Below are positions 25,811 to 39,488 of a stretch of DNA of 64,000 nt, piece after piece. Position 1 is the stretch's first letter. Each line of letters begins with the position of its first letter. Source of the stretch: the human T2T-CHM13v2.0 reference genome, Homo sapiens; NCBI RefSeq assembly GCF_009914755.1, contig NC_060928.1. The stretch is one strand, 5' to 3'. The translations under genes were made by a program, and so were the position numbers. The notes below the pieces were generated by a model that worked only from the letters and a program-made list of their open reading frames with translations, had not been told where the DNA came from and did no database searches.

Positions 25811-28067
25811 ATCCATATGATGTAGTGTGGGTTTGTGCTGTGGGCAGGCAGTGGGTGATGAGAGCTGAAGCCTCCCTCCTCAAGTGTGTAGAGGACAGTG
25901 GAATCACTCTCTACATTGTGGGAGGTCTGATCTTGTTCTCTCATTATCCACACAGGCCATGACTAGACTCCTTTACACTTTGTGACACACCTCAAAAAGC
26001 TCCAAGTCAGATTTTCTGTAGCACACATGGAGACAGACATTCTTCATATTTTATAGTCTTTCTTACAGACTGTAACTGTAACTTCCTTCAGCTTCTTTTG
26101 AGGCCAGTTTAAACAGAAATATTCTCACACTGTTCATTGAGGATTAAAAGGGACAAGGGCAGCTGATATATAGATAATGAGCTATAGCCGGTCAGCCACA
26201 GCCACTGCCCTGTGGTGAATGGGAGGAGTTGCAGTTTGAACACCTTTTGCTTTCTTCAAATTTACTATTTCCTTGTTAGTATTATGCCAGAATGTATTAC
26301 AGCAAGTTGCTTCTTAAGATCTTTGTTCCAATCTAAAATTATAATTCACTTATTCTGTCTATAGACCACTAAACTAGGCCTTAAAATTATACTATAAATA
26401 GTGTCACTTTAGTTTATTGCAGCTATTTTCATATTTAAATGAGGAAATAGCATTAGTCTACCTTATATAATTTATTTTCAGATATGACTAATGAAATGAT
26501 TCCAAAATATTTTTCAAGATTTAAAAATATGTAAAATTTTTTCCTTAGAGGTCTGCTTTATCATGTAAGAGCTTAAAGAAACTCTAATTTTGTTTTAACT
26601 CTCCACTAGAATAAAAGATTGCCTATTTTAATTAAAAACCATATGAAATATAACTATTAAGTACCCAACAAAAGCACCAGGAGCAGATCTCAGTAGATAT
26701 TACATTAGCATTTTCAGGCTTAAGTCCTTTTGATATACATAGAAATTCTTTTTTGTCAATATCTTACAACTCCCAGAAAAGTATTTCTGGTTCAGTTTTT
26801 TAAATTTCACTTTTGCTTTCCCCAGAAATGTTTAATGGGATGATTTCGTATCTTGCATTTGAAGACATTGCTACTGGTGGAGTTAATTATGCTAGCTCTC
26901 ATATTATTATCTGTTTTCTCTTTAGGTTGGGTTTAAAGTGATGCTAAGAAAAAGAGTAGCTTATTACATTGATTAATCAAAGCTTCCAGAGAGAAGGTAG
27001 AAATATAACAATGGCTATTTCTGCCTTCCTTGCAGATCTCTTTCACTCCTTCCTACTTTCATGCCCTTTTACTTACAATGCTGGTTTGAAATGACCACTC
27101 TCTCCACTCCCTGTGTAATCTGTTCCTCCAATCTTCTGTTAAATGGCATTATCCTCATGGAGCATTAGTGACATGACATTCTCTGCTTTCACTGAATCCC
27201 CTTAGACAGCCCCCTAGTTATTTCACAATCTCGCTGATAAAGCATATGTTTTATGCCCCCACATTGGAATATCGACCCCCTTACATTCCATATACCACAT
27301 AAAATGGTGTCTTGTATATAATACACACTCAATAAATGTTGTAAAATCAAGTACAATGTTGTTCAGTGCTTAACATTTGTTGCAAATACAAAATTTGATA
27401 TGAAAATAATTTGGAAGATTAAGAGATGATTTCTTATTGACCTTCTATACTCTTCACATCTATAGGCAGAAAGTTTCTCTTCTACCATTTTTTCCAACTG
27501 TGACATCCTAATGTAGGTGTAAAGCTCTACAGTATACCTAAAAGAACTGATGCTTAATTGAAATATAAATGTTCTTACTAAAGAAGAAAACTTGGGGAGG
27601 AGAAAATAAAATATTAGGTTGGGTAGTAGCATTGATTTCTCCTTGTAATAGCTGCTTTTAAAAGTAGACATCTGTAGTAAGTAATGTGAGGGTTATTTGT
27701 ACAGTCATAATTGGCTAAAAATAGTCCTGCATTTTGCCTCTTTCCTCTGTGTTAAAAGGAGATCACACAAACTTTGAAATCCTTCTTTATAATACTGGTT
27801 TTGAGAAAGGATTATTTTAAAGTGTCATTTTTACAACATATTTGCTCTATAATTTTATCAAATAGGAATGAGAGGATAATCCGTCAGTGACCACAATATC
27901 TGTGCTACTCTGAAAACCAACGCTGCTCTTTAAAGTAAAGGGCTATATAGGATGTGGAAGATAAATCGTAAGCAACAAGACACCACTTCCTAGCTTTGTA
28001 ATCAGATGACATAACTTTCCTCCCAATATATAGTGGCCACTTTAGAGTCGTTTAATCTGTTTGATAA

Positions 28068-28516
28068 TTGTGGTTCTGGGTCAAGTTACCTAGGCAGCAG
28101 ACTCTGAATTGGACACCAGCATGCAGAAGCTTATTAAGGAGTTCTTCTAGGATTAGCACCTGTTGGGGAAGGGTAGGAAGCTTAACTGGGCAGAAGGAGA
28201 AGTTGAACCCTAGTGTAGTCACAACAAAGGCGTGAGAGAGCCATGCCAGCAAGAAGCTCTGGAGCTGGACTACCACAGCAAGGGTATCATAAGTTGGTGC
28301 AAGGATACAAGCCTTTATATCCCTGTGTGGCTAGTCACTGGATCCAAGCCATCCCAGGGAAGGGAGCATGAACTTGCGCAAAGTGACTCTCTTCAAATAA
28401 TGGCAGTCCCCCCAAAAGGGGTGAGAACTGTTAGCTGTCAACTCTCGCAGTAGGTGGGGGAATGAGTACTTTAATCCTCAAAGTGGGGAGTTGTGTGGCA
28501 TATCACAGACCCACTA
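28068..28516 (-). mobile_element. LTR33/LTR16-group ERVL solo LTR
   Basis: ctaggcagcagactctga...catgcagaagcttattaaggag...gcacctgttggggaaggg...ctgggcagaaggagaagttg; similar to 32942-35480. Confidence 0.7.
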
Positions 28517-28756
28517 TGATTGTCTAATAAAAGCAATTTTTAAATAAAAATATATTAATATGTTAATATATAAAATATATTTTTATGTTTGCATATATTC
28601 TTATTTTATGATACATTTTCTTTCAACTATGAGAAAGTTTAAAAAGAACTACCCCTGAAATTCATGTGACAAATTATTATTATCCAAGAATTCAAATGAT
28701 GAATCCTAGTCATTAATATTTCCAACTTTATGAATTTTAATTAAAACTACAAGATT

Positions 28757-28997
<241 letters not shown>

Positions 28998-30315
28998 TTA
29001 TCTCCTCTCCATCCCAAATTTAATAGTCATTTGACTTTGGGATTTAGTTATCATTAGTTTTACCAAGAATTGCTTCAATTTTTATTTTTTCCATTTGAAA
29101 CATTTCTCTTATTTACATTCTTTGAACCTCAGTTCAGATGTCTCTTTTTTTCTTTCCTCAGTTTATATTTTCAATTGTGGATTTTTATTTAATTTTGCCT
29201 TTACTTATTTTATTATGAAAACATTTACCAAAAAAGATTATTCAAGAAGAGACTCTCCAAATATTTCAGAAATTGGTAAATGTTTTTTCACTTTTCATGT
29301 CTTTTGTTACTTGTCACCTACGGACGTACTAAATGGCGTTTTTGCAGCTCCTTTTCTCCCCCTCTTCAGCACTCCTTTGCTTCTTTTACAGATAACACTT
29401 TACAGATTGGCTTTTCAGATAGTGGGATGTAGTCAACACTGACACTTTTCATGATCGATCAAACCAGTTTCCTTTGTTGCTCACTGGCGACAGGGTTAGT
29501 GATTTTGCTCACATCACTGTCAGACACAGCATTATTGAAGTTTTAAAAAATGTATTTTCAACTGTTTTTTTAAAAAGACCAATTTAGAGATTGGAGAAAA
29601 GCTATAAATATGCAATCATTTTGCAAAACTTCATGCCCTAAAGGATTAGACAATGAGAAAAGACTTTCCTATTGCTTCAGGAAGTCACTTGACAAATCTG
29701 ATACATTTCTTGCAGCAAAGTTTGGTGACTGTAAAGCAGAGGAATGTCTTTTGGTGGGTAGAGAAACTCATGCTCTCGGGCTCCAAACTTGGGATTTACC
29801 ACCATTTGAGCTCTGTTTCTCAGCTTTTTAGGCTTAAGAACTCACCTTGCCTGTATCTTAAACTTGATTAGATTCTGGCGTTATTACTTAGATTTGTCAA
29901 GTTCATAAGAGATCGATATCCATCTACGTATTCATCATGAATATCTATGTCTTAGTTTACAGTGAAAATTTTGTTACTTGGAAGAACTACTCACATTAGT
30001 TCAACATGAATGCTTCTCCCTATAGCATGCCAAATATCAGTAAGATTACTGGATGATCACAGAATTAGAACACTGTAGTACAGATTAAGAATTTTCAGGT
30101 TAAGATAACATATAAACTCATTTTCCCAAAAGGCATTTCTTTACCAATATAATTCTAGCTTTTGACGTCCCTGGTAAACATTTCCTTTCTCTTGCATAAT
30201 TCTTGGAAGAATATTACGTCCTTCTTCTATGACTCTCCATTTTATGTTCTTCCAATGATCATCAGCACTTTTTCTAATAGATACATGCTTTCTCTAAAGA
30301 TATTCATGGCTTCAA

Positions 30316-30610
30316 GGCTAGGCACAGTGGCTTTCACCTGTAATCCCAGCACTTTGGGAGGCCGAGGCAGGCGGATCACTTGAGGCCAGGAGTTTGAAAC
30401 CAACCTCCCCAACATGGCAAAAACCTGTCTCTACAAAAAAATACCAAAAATAATTACCCAGGCATGGTGATGCATACCTGCAATCCCAGCTACTCAGGAG
30501 ACTGAGGCACAAGAATCGCTTGAACCCAGGAGGCAGAGGTTGCAGTGAGCCGAGTCCTGCCAGCCTGGGGAACATAGCAAGACTCTGTCTCAAAAAAAAA
30601 AAAAAAAAAA
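30316..30610 (+). mobile_element. AluS (Sz/Sx-like) with small right-arm deletion
   Basis: Dimeric Alu with A-tail; degenerate TSD aagatattcatggcttca / aagttgttaatggcttca. Confidence 0.93.
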
Positions 30611-30829
30611 GTTGTTAATGGCTTCAGGAAGGTACAGCTGTATCTTGGCCTTGGAGCCATTCTTTCATTTTAAAGAGAATTTACCTCTTTGTCCTAATTC
30701 ATTATATGTCCATGTATGTTTAACTTTCACAGGGAACATTCTATTTCAAATCCCAGCTATCATCTTACCTATGTTTCTCCATGACCTAATTAGCAATGCC
30801 AATAGTCTTTAACCTACCAGTTTTACCAT

Positions 30830-31003
30830 TGTGCCTCAACCCTGAATGCATATAGGAATCATCTGTAGAAAATTTTAAAATACAGATACTTCAGATTCAT
30901 GTCATTCCAACTAAATTTAAATATCAAAGTGAGATGGAAAAGTATGTTTTAAAAAATCTCTACAAGTTATTTTGATGATTACTGTGGTTTAAAACCACTA
31001 GCT
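30830..31003. mobile_element. MER5-type hAT-Charlie MITE
   Basis: ctcaaccctgaatgcatataggaatcatctg...aaaatacagatac...gttattttgatg...gtttaaaaccactag. Confidence 0.65.
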
Positions 31004-31250
31004 TAGACACCTGATTCAACCAACGTACATAATTTTCTGGAAGGATAAGAAGAATACTGCCATAGTATCCAGCTAATTGCTCCTTTGATATATTATTCTC
31101 CTGACCTGAGCCATGTCCACTTCTGAGAGTTAAAAATAAAAGTACTATGATTGGGTTACTTCTCTAATATGCACTGAAATATGATATCAACCGTGATGCA
31201 GGGTTCTGGCTTGTTGATATTGGAAATGTTTTCAAATGCTAACAAGAGGT

Positions 31251-31762
31251 TGTTGGGAACAGGCCCCCCAAAATCTGGCCATAAACTGGCCCCAAAACTG
31301 GTCATAAACAAAATCTCTGCAGCACTGTGACATGTTCATAATGGCCCTAATGCCTACACTGAAGGTTGTGGGTTTACCGGAATGAGGGCGAGGAACACCT
31401 GGCCCGCCCAGGGTGGAAAACCTTTTAAAGGCGTACTTAAACCACAAACAATAGGATGAGTGATCTGTGCCTTAAGGGCATGTTCTTGCTGCAGATAACT
31501 AGCCAGACTCACCCCTTTATTTTGGCCCATCCCTTCGTTTCCCATAAGGGATAGTTTTAGTTAATCGAATATCTATAGAAACAATGCTAATGACTGGCTT
31601 GCTGTTAATAAATATGTGGGTAAATTTCTGTTTGAGGCTCTCAGCTCTGAAGGTTGTGCGACCCCTGATTTCCCACTTCACACCTCTATATTTCTGGGTG
31701 TGTGTCTTTAATTCCTCTAGCACCGCTGGGTTAGGGTCTCCCTGACCCAGCTGGTCTCGGCA
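31251..31762 (+). mobile_element. MER9 solo LTR (HERV-K(HML-3)/HERVK9)
   Basis: tgttgggaacaggccccccaaaatctggccataaactggcccc...gctggtctcggca, 512 bp, exact 6-bp TSD AGAGGT (31245-31250, 31763-31768), typical of ERVK. Confidence 0.95.
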
Positions 31763-31769
31763 AGAGGTA

Positions 31770-31988
31770 AACTTTACCATGAATTTACCATGTGCCAGGC
31801 ACCTGGTAGTATATCTCCTGAACCTCTTCATTCGTCCCTCTCAACAACCCTAAATGGTGAGCATTATTTTTACCCCTGTTTTACTGCAAAGTAAACTAAA
31901 ACACAGAGAGGGTAACTAACTCTCCAAAGTACCAAAGCCAGTCAATGATGAGCAGGACTCAAGATTCAAATCTTAGTCTAATTCCAGA
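31770..31988 (-). mobile_element. MIR SINE
   Basis: taccatgtgccaggcac...ctcaacaaccct...cccctgttttactgcaaagtaaactaaaacacagagagggtaactaactctccaaagt. Confidence 0.8.
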
Positions 31989-32941
31989 TTATTTCTTTTT
32001 TTAGAAAAAAAAATTCATTCCTTTATCCTTTCAAACAAGACACAACACAACTCAACAACAATGCACATTACTGTAGAAACACAACTGAAAACTATAATTC
32101 AGACATCAAGGAAGAGAACTACTAATTACATTATCACATTACAGAAATCAAAATTAATTTACCACACAAAATAATTTAAAACATTACAGATTAATCTTTT
32201 AGTTCAAACATATATACAAGTCAAAGTAACCCGTTCAAAGAAAAAGCATCAGGTACTTTATAATAAAGATAATGAAACTTTGAACATTTCAGTTAAGTCA
32301 TGACACTAGGAGGAAGGATTGCTTTTTAGTACAGTGTGTGACTGTATATATAAGTACATCACTTTATCTTTCAGAAAGCCTGGTAAAATCAGTGGCTAGA
32401 GAGAACAATGTCTTATGTTAGAACATTGATCATTATTCTTTATCGTCTTACCTTTATTGCCATTCAACAGGCATACTTTGTAAAACAAAGCAAAACAAAA
32501 ACAAACGTAAAACAAAACAGAAGGCTCAGTTTCTTCTGTCTAGGCACATATTCTCTATAGAGTACAAGTCAATATATAAGGAAATCCATGATTATATGAC
32601 AGATTACAGGCACATTCATAGCTTCATGCTGAAAAAGTTAGGTGGCAACACTTCTTCAAGGATGAGTGTACTCATGAATGGCAATAAGAGGAATGTGGTT
32701 TTGAATAAGAGAAATAAAGGAGAGGGTATTTCATTGTAGGAAGAAATGCACAGTGGTAGGCAGGAAGCTATGAGTTAGCGACTGACAAAAGGGAGCAGAG
32801 AAGTCAGCTTGGTTTCTTTGGAGGTTGGTAGGGGATAAATTGTTTGATTGTTTCCTTCTTGGAATTGGTTTATATTCTGATTGAAGAGAAATTTAAGATA
32901 GGGGAGGCTCCTTTTTTGACATTCAAACTCTAATGATAATA

Positions 32942-35480
32942 TGTATCACAGGTTGGGTGCCCCAGGAAGCTGATTGTGAAAGGGAGAACAGCCTGCAGGA
33001 GGTTTATTAGGGACTATTCTCAGGATCAACACCTGGAAGTGATGGCAGTGGTGGGCTGTCCAGAATGGCTGCTGCCATCATGCTGCTGCCGCGGGGATGC
33101 CACAGGGAGGAGGAAGACAGCCTCCAGCAGGCTGCTGCCCTGGGGGCCACCAGGATAGGGCTGGGCCATGTCATTCACCAGATGGGGAGCAGTGGGGTAG
33201 AGCAGAGAGGGGCCGTGAGGCAGAGCTGGGGCTGCACTTCGGGGGCCTGGGGCAGGAAGTGGGAGCAATGCCCACTTCAGGGACCCAGCCAGGAAGGCAG
33301 CCACCGTGTCCACCCCAATGAGGATGTCGGGTTCCTGTGCCTTGGAAGGAGGTTCTACACGGGGCCACCTAGCACTGTATCTCCAGGGTCTGCCCTGCAC
33401 TGGGGAGACCACAGAGCCTAACACTCCAGATGGCCGAGTTCAGGGCCCATGGCCTACAATCCGCTCCTAGAGGTACCCCCTGGGCAGGTCTGTGAGCCAG
33501 GCACGGGGGAGCCTCAGGATGTCCCTGAGTGCTGGTGTCATGGGGGAAGCTCACAGCAATGTAGCTCCTGCCCAGGATGCCAGCCCAGGCCCAGCAAGGA
33601 CCTGAAGCCCCAGACCCAGGCTGTGAGGAGAAGTGCAGCTGAGGCTGCATGCTCCAAGGAACCAGTGGGATCTGGGAGCAGGAAGCAGCCCTGCCCTATT
33701 GGGTGCAGCTGCAGCCACCCAAGTCAGGGCTGTGGACCTGGGTCTCTCTGCACTCTTAGGGGCTGGGAAATCCCCCCGCCACCCACCACACCGAGACCTT
33801 GCAGGCTGTGAAGTGCCTGCTCCTACTGCCTGGCTTTTCTCTGCTGTCAACACCTGCTCCAAACTTGGAGCAACATGGAGCTGAGCCTGGGTGTTGTCAC
33901 AGCCTGGCCAGGGATACACATGCTCGGGGCAGTGCTGACACACCAGCCCCCTGCTGCCTCAGCCCCTCTGGAATTTGGGCACTAACAAGCATGGGAGGGA
34001 GGCTGATGGGGGGCTGAGGACAGCCTGGCACCGACCTGCAGGTGCCCCTTCGTGCAAGCAGCCTGGCAGCAGGAGGCAGACAGGCTCCTGGGTGGGAGGA
34101 AATGGGTCCCCAGTGAGGCCCCACCTTCAGGGCAGGAGGGCCTGAAGGCTGGGGGCCAGGCTGTCAGTCCCACATACCAGAGTGGGAACTTGTGGTGCCT
34201 TTTCTGGCCCTGCCCATGGCTGCCCAAGGATCAATTGTCATGTACTTCCTCCTCTTTGAGGCCCATAAAAGCCCTGGGCTCAGCCAGAGCTGAACAGATG
34301 ACAGGATGACTTGCCTGCAGAGAGGAGCCACCCACTCTAGGGCTTCCTCTCTGCTGAGAGCTGCAGAGACAATGGAGAGATGATGAGGAGATGATGGATG
34401 ACCAGCTGCAGAGAGGAGTTATGTATCCTCTCTGCCGATAGCTGAACACTTGTTGGGATGACTTGCCTAGCAGAGAGGAGCTACCCTCTCTGCTAGTAGC
34501 TGAACACTGTTGGGACACCCTGGCTGCAGAAAGGAGCAACCTGCTGTGGGTTTCCTCTGAGCTGTTCTATTGCTCCATAAAACTCCTCTTCCTCTTGCTC
34601 ACCCTCTACTTGTCTGTGTATCTCATTCTTCCTGGGTGCAGGACAATAACTCAGGAACCTCTGAATGGTGAGATTGAAAGAGCTGTAACACAAACAGGGC
34701 TGAGACATGCTCCTTGCTCACCATGTTGTGGGCAAAGAGAAGGAAAGGAGAACTGCAACCCTTTGGAGACACCAGACCTGGGAGCTCCCCCAGCCAGGGC
34801 TGTGACTGCCTCTTTGGGGCCCTGCAGTTCCTAGCATCTCCAAGCTTCTGGGAGCCACTGCGTTCCCTGGTGCCAGCTGTGGAAGGTTCTTGTGGTGCTC
34901 CTAGTTTAGCCACAGCCTCACAGAGAGCCTGTGCCCATGCTGGCACCTGGAGCTGCCTGCCCCACTGTAGCAGCCAGCATATCTGACTGAGCAGGGCTGG
35001 ACCCCATGCTCACTCACACACCCCTTGACGCTCCACACAGTCCCCCTTGGCAGGCATAGGACCCAGACGGGTAGTGTGAGCCAAGCGCAGCCTGTCAGGT
35101 TGAGTGGGCAGAATGAACCCAGCAGGTTGAAGCAAAACGCAGGCAAATGCACCACCAGCCACAGAGATTTCTGGCCAGAAAGGTCAATACCCCAAAGATC
35201 CCATAACAGAAGGATCTGGGGTACTACAGGCCTTAGCCATCTCAATGGGGAGTTGAAGCTGAAATGACCCTTCACAGTTGTCTCCAAGTGGGAGGAATGG
35301 CTGGGCCTTTGTGCTTGTGATATGACATGCCTTTGGGTGAAATAGTCCTTTCAGCTTGAACAATTACTATAAGAGTGGCAGCTTAGGCCTTTTGGCCAGC
35401 AGCATTCACAGCATTTGGTGGAAATAAGTCCTCAATTTCTGAAGGGGAACCTGGGTGCCTGGGTGGTATATTACAGCACT
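32942..35480 (-). mobile_element. LTR33/LTR16-group ERVL LTR split by MER52 (pieces 32942-33039 and 35209-~35480)
   Basis: gggtgccccaggaagc...gcaggaggtttattagggactattctcaggatcaacacctg; resumes after the GAAG TSD. Confidence 0.68.
33040..35208 (+). mobile_element. MER52 (MER52D-length, 2.17 kb) ERV1 solo LTR
   Basis: tgatggcagtggtgggctgtccagaatggctgctgccatcatg...ccacagagatttctggcc...aagatcccataaca; exact TSD GAAG (33036-33039, 35209-35212); GC-rich with internal gcagagaggagc repeats. Confidence 0.92.
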
Positions 35481-36587
35481 CAGAATTTATTATCGGGGAG
35501 AGCAATGGTCCTAAGCATGAGAATTAACTCAGTTATAAAAAATAATCTTGAATTTACTAAATCAGAATCTATCAAGATGGAGCCCAAATGATGGAAAATT
35601 TTAAAAGATTCCACAAGTAATTCTGTGTATCATTCAGATTTGGGAACCACTGATGTAAAGGGCATAAACTCCTCTCACAGAGCTTCAGAAATAATTATGC
35701 TTTTCTTCCTTGAATATTCAGTAATTTCACACAGTATACACTACTCCTTAATGGGCAGAGCAGAAGGATGAAGGAAGAAATCACATTATGAATAGCTCTG
35801 GATTCAATGAAAGGGCAGACAGGCATTTTAAGTGCGTTCCACATTATATGAGAACAAAGGGATTAAGCACAATAGGAAGCCCATTAAATTGCTATTGCAT
35901 TTGGAAAAAATTAAAGGTTATGTTCAGACTATTATAGAATAGATGTAAAGATTCATAAAACTATGTTAATCTATAAAATCTTCAGATAGATACATAATGA
36001 GCTATCTGGGCAAGCAGATAGAATAAATAAAGCAAATTAATGATTTTGCAATGCAGGAGCTCTTTTAGTGTGGAAATGGCATGCTATCTGTAGAACTTTA
36101 GTTGTAATAAGTGGAGGTAGACATTCAGAAAAATTTTACAAAGCAAAGTTAAAAGCATTTGTAACAAGATATTTTCTTTGTATTTGTGGTCTGTTGCTCA
36201 GAATCTCTAAGTAAGAGGTCTTGCTGTCACTCTTTGTTCCAATATTTGTCAAAATTGGATAGTTAGTACTGCATGTTTGGGGTGGTGCCCTTCCTTCCTA
36301 AATACCTATTTGCTTCCAGAAATTTGTGTTTTCTCTTTCACCCACCCTTACCCCCTTACCTATTGGGATTCAGTGATGTGGTATGAGTTTTGTTGACTGG
36401 AGTAGATCTGACTGAGTCCTGATTGCTGAACAGAACAGTGCCCCTCTTTTCTCAGAAACAACGTGTAGCTTAGAGGTTGGGTGGACGTGACCGAGGCTCA
36501 ATTGTTAGACACAGCAACAGGACCCTGTCTTTTTGCACCTAGAATGCAATTGGTAGGCATTCATATCAGCCCTGAAATCATTGAGCC

Positions 36588-37170
36588 TGTAAACCAAATG
36601 GTGTCTGAGACAGATCTCAATCAGTTTAGAGGTTTATTTCACCAAGGTCAAGGAGGTGCATGGGAAACACAAGTTTCAGTAGAATCTGTGGCCTGTGCTT
36701 TCTCCAGATAGGGTTTTGAGGACTTCAATATTTAAAGAGGAAACAGTGGCAGGAAGGGAAGGAGTGAGTCAATTATGCATTTATCTGGCACTCAGTAAAT
36801 CTGCATTTTACATAAGATAAATTTGACATAGAATAGAGGAAGAAGTAAAATATACATTTGTCTTGGGGTAGGTTGAGGGATGATTTTTAGTCCTATCTTT
36901 GTCCTGTACCTGTGAAAGTAAGCTGTTCACTTGCATTGTCAGGGTGAGATTCAACGGAGCTCTGGTTTACGGTAAAGATTTTGAAGCTGATAAGAAATTT
37001 CCTTATGAGCAATTAGTGAGGGAGGACCCCTGGGAAGATATGTGGCCTTTTATTCTTGGAGCTGTTTAGGAAAAAAGGAAGGTCATTTTTGCATGACTCA
37101 TTCCCAAGCTTAACTTTACCTTTGGCATAGTGAGTTTGGGGTTCTGAGACTTTACTATTTTCCTTGCACA
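36588..37170 (-). mobile_element. MER4A/B-type ERV1 solo LTR
   Basis: tgtaaaccaaatggtgtctgagacagatctcaatcagtttagaggtttattt...tttggcatagtgagtttggggttctgagac...ttccttgcaca; near-TSD AGCC/AGGC. Confidence 0.87.
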
Positions 37171-37284
37171 AGGCTTATACATGGGGGTACTACCTGAATG
37201 TTCATCAATTTTAAAAAGCTGGACATTTAAACAACTGTACCAATTGGACCCCAGCCAATTTTCTGTGGAATACCCATGACCAAG

Positions 37285-38055
37285 TGAGATAAAAGAGTTC
37301 CCTCGAACCCTTCGTGGGACTTGCGACAGGGGTGTGGCTTGTTTACTCAGCTGCCATGCTCAAACCCCTTGCAAGAGGTGGAGCATGCAGATGAGTGGAA
37401 ACAGGAGCTGGGGCGAGTGCCTTTGGGCACTGGCAGGAACAAATCCTGTACTGGCCCGCAGCAGTGTCTAGGGGTTGCCTGAAACCCCTGGAGCCTCAGA
37501 AGGCGTGTGTTACAAACAATGCTCTTTTAGCATTTGCCTTCTGCAGATATCTAAGTGTTAACCAGCTCAGTAGAGGGTCAGAGTGACAGCCTTTTATACC
37601 CTGCCCTCTTGGTACTTGGGTTCTTGTCACATGGACTTGAAGGATTGTGAATGATGATTTCATTGAGTGATAGAAGTGGCTCTTAGGAAGATGGGGTGCT
37701 GAAAAGGGGATGGAGTGGGAAGATAACCTTCCCCTGGTCTGAGGTAGGTGATAGCCAACCATCCCCAGCCGATCTCCTCTCCGACCACAGACTCTGATGT
37801 CCAGCTGCCTCTTCTCTTGACATTCAGATGCTTCTTCTCTCCTTCTCTGCCATGCTGCTCTGCTCCTCTGCCAGTGAAGCTTGGGTTTTTTATGGGCACA
37901 GGATAGGGGCATGTTGGGCCAAAAGGCAACATTTGGGTGGGAAAACAGGAATGTGACATTCTCATTTAGGGCCCCAAGTCCAGGATTGAGGGTGGAACCC
38001 TTGCCAGGGACCCCAACTTTTTTACCTAGTATTTCCCTGCCTCCTGTACATATCA
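37285..38055 (-). mobile_element. MER50-family ERV1 solo LTR
   Basis: Ends gtatttccctgcctcctgtacatatca (reverse of the MER50 start); exact TSD CAAG (37281-37284, 38056-38059). Confidence 0.9.
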
Positions 38056-38731
38056 CAAGCATTAGCATAGAGGTAGGAAATAGTTCCTTCTCGTCTATGT
38101 AGACCATCTCTTTTCTGAGCCAGATAGGAGTTGAAGAGATTCTAGTAACTACAACAAAATTGGTGTTGGGTTTCTGAGTCTCTAGGTAGTGGAAGCTTCT
38201 ACTGAACCTGAATTCTTCCTTGACAGTTCAGTGCAGTTTTTTGATGCAACTGAAGCAAGTAGGTGGTGGTTTTGTGGTGAGCAGGAGTGGATCAAAAGAA
38301 GGAAACTAGTGGGTTCTGAGTTTGACCTTGAGAGGCACCTGTGAGTTCCCATGAGAAGCTACAGGCAGCGAAAAAGAGAACAGATACTAAGAAAAACTCA
38401 CTAGGGAGCTTTGGAGCTATCGAGAGAAGGTAACCTTTTGAAAAGACAGAATTTCTATTCGTTAATTAACCACTGCCATTTAAGATATCGATATCAAAGT
38501 GCCTCATTTCTAGGAGCAGAGTGGTGAAGCCTGTCCATATGATTTATGTGAGGAATCACTCTGCTTAGAAAAGATGCTCAAATGCTCTTTAGAGAAGGCA
38601 ATTAACACAGGGCTTGCTTTTTGAAATAAAGAATATGCAAATATTCTACATCCATTTGAAAACTGTCCTAAGAAATTATTTTAGAGGGTTTTTCAGTGCC
38701 ATAGTTTAGTGTTAAGCATAAGACAAGTGAT

Positions 38732-38796
38732 AGTAATTGTGGTTTTTGCCATTACTTTTAATGACAAAAACTGCAATTACTTTTGCACCAACATAA
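38732..38796. mobile_element. Made1 MITE, left terminus missing
   Basis: agtaattgtggtttttgccattacttttaatgacaaaaactgcaattacttttgcaccaacataa|TA. Confidence 0.9.
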
Positions 38797-39429
38797 TATT
38801 TCAATGGCTAGGAACTTCATATAAATTGGTGACTTTAGGGCACAAGCAAGGAAACATAAACATGCAGTTATTCTTTAAATAACTATAGTCAATGTGTTCT
38901 TTTCATGAGTTCACATTTCAAGTAAGAAAGTATTATAGTTGTTTCAGGCTATACTTTCTAGTGCAGAGAACGGATGGGATTTTCTAACTGTCTTCAGTGT
39001 GTTACTGGCCCATTGAAGTCTTTGGTTCCCCAGGCATTCCAAAGAGCAATGTTCACACAGTGAGCTATTCCCCTGAGATCCCTCAGATGATCAGAACCTG
39101 AGGTAAGACAGCTATTCATGGACAGAAACAAAACCTCTAGGTTCTACAAGCAGCACTTACCTACTGAGAGTTTTGAAAAGAACACTGCACTCTCTGGAAA
39201 AACATGGCCCACTGAGTCCAATTCCCAGATGGCTGCAGCTCTTCAGGTCCTCTTTGCCTGCAGCAACTCAAAAAGAGAGGCTTTTTGCCAAAATAATGTC
39301 AGTTTTATTCCTAGTTTCTACCCCTTCCCAGAATGATGTTAGTTTATGCCTACCAGAATTCTTAAGGTATTATCACAAGTATGCATCTTCTTAAAGAAGG
39401 GAGATGATTCAGCAATTCACATTTGTATA

Positions 39430-39488
39430 TATGTGTGTATGTGTGTGTGAATGAAAGAGACAGAGAGAGAGAGAGAGCGAGAGCGAGC
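39430..39488. repeat. Compound (TG)n/(GA)n/(GAGC)n microsatellite
   Basis: Seen directly. Confidence 0.8.

Noticed and set aside
31990-32480. T-run followed by A/C-rich unique sequence as a minus-strand processed pseudogene 3' end
   Set aside because: No canonical polyA signal at the expected distance from the T-run, no TSD and no coding remnant recognised.
32976-35287. Dense overlapping ORFs in a GC-rich block, resembling a gene or CpG-island promoter
   Set aside because: They lie in the MER52 LTR bounded by a TSD. High GC lowers stop frequency in all frames, CpG is depleted and no domain is recognisable.
37496-38107. Longest ORF in the window (203 aa)
   Set aside because: Almost wholly inside a MER50 LTR; no protein family signal.
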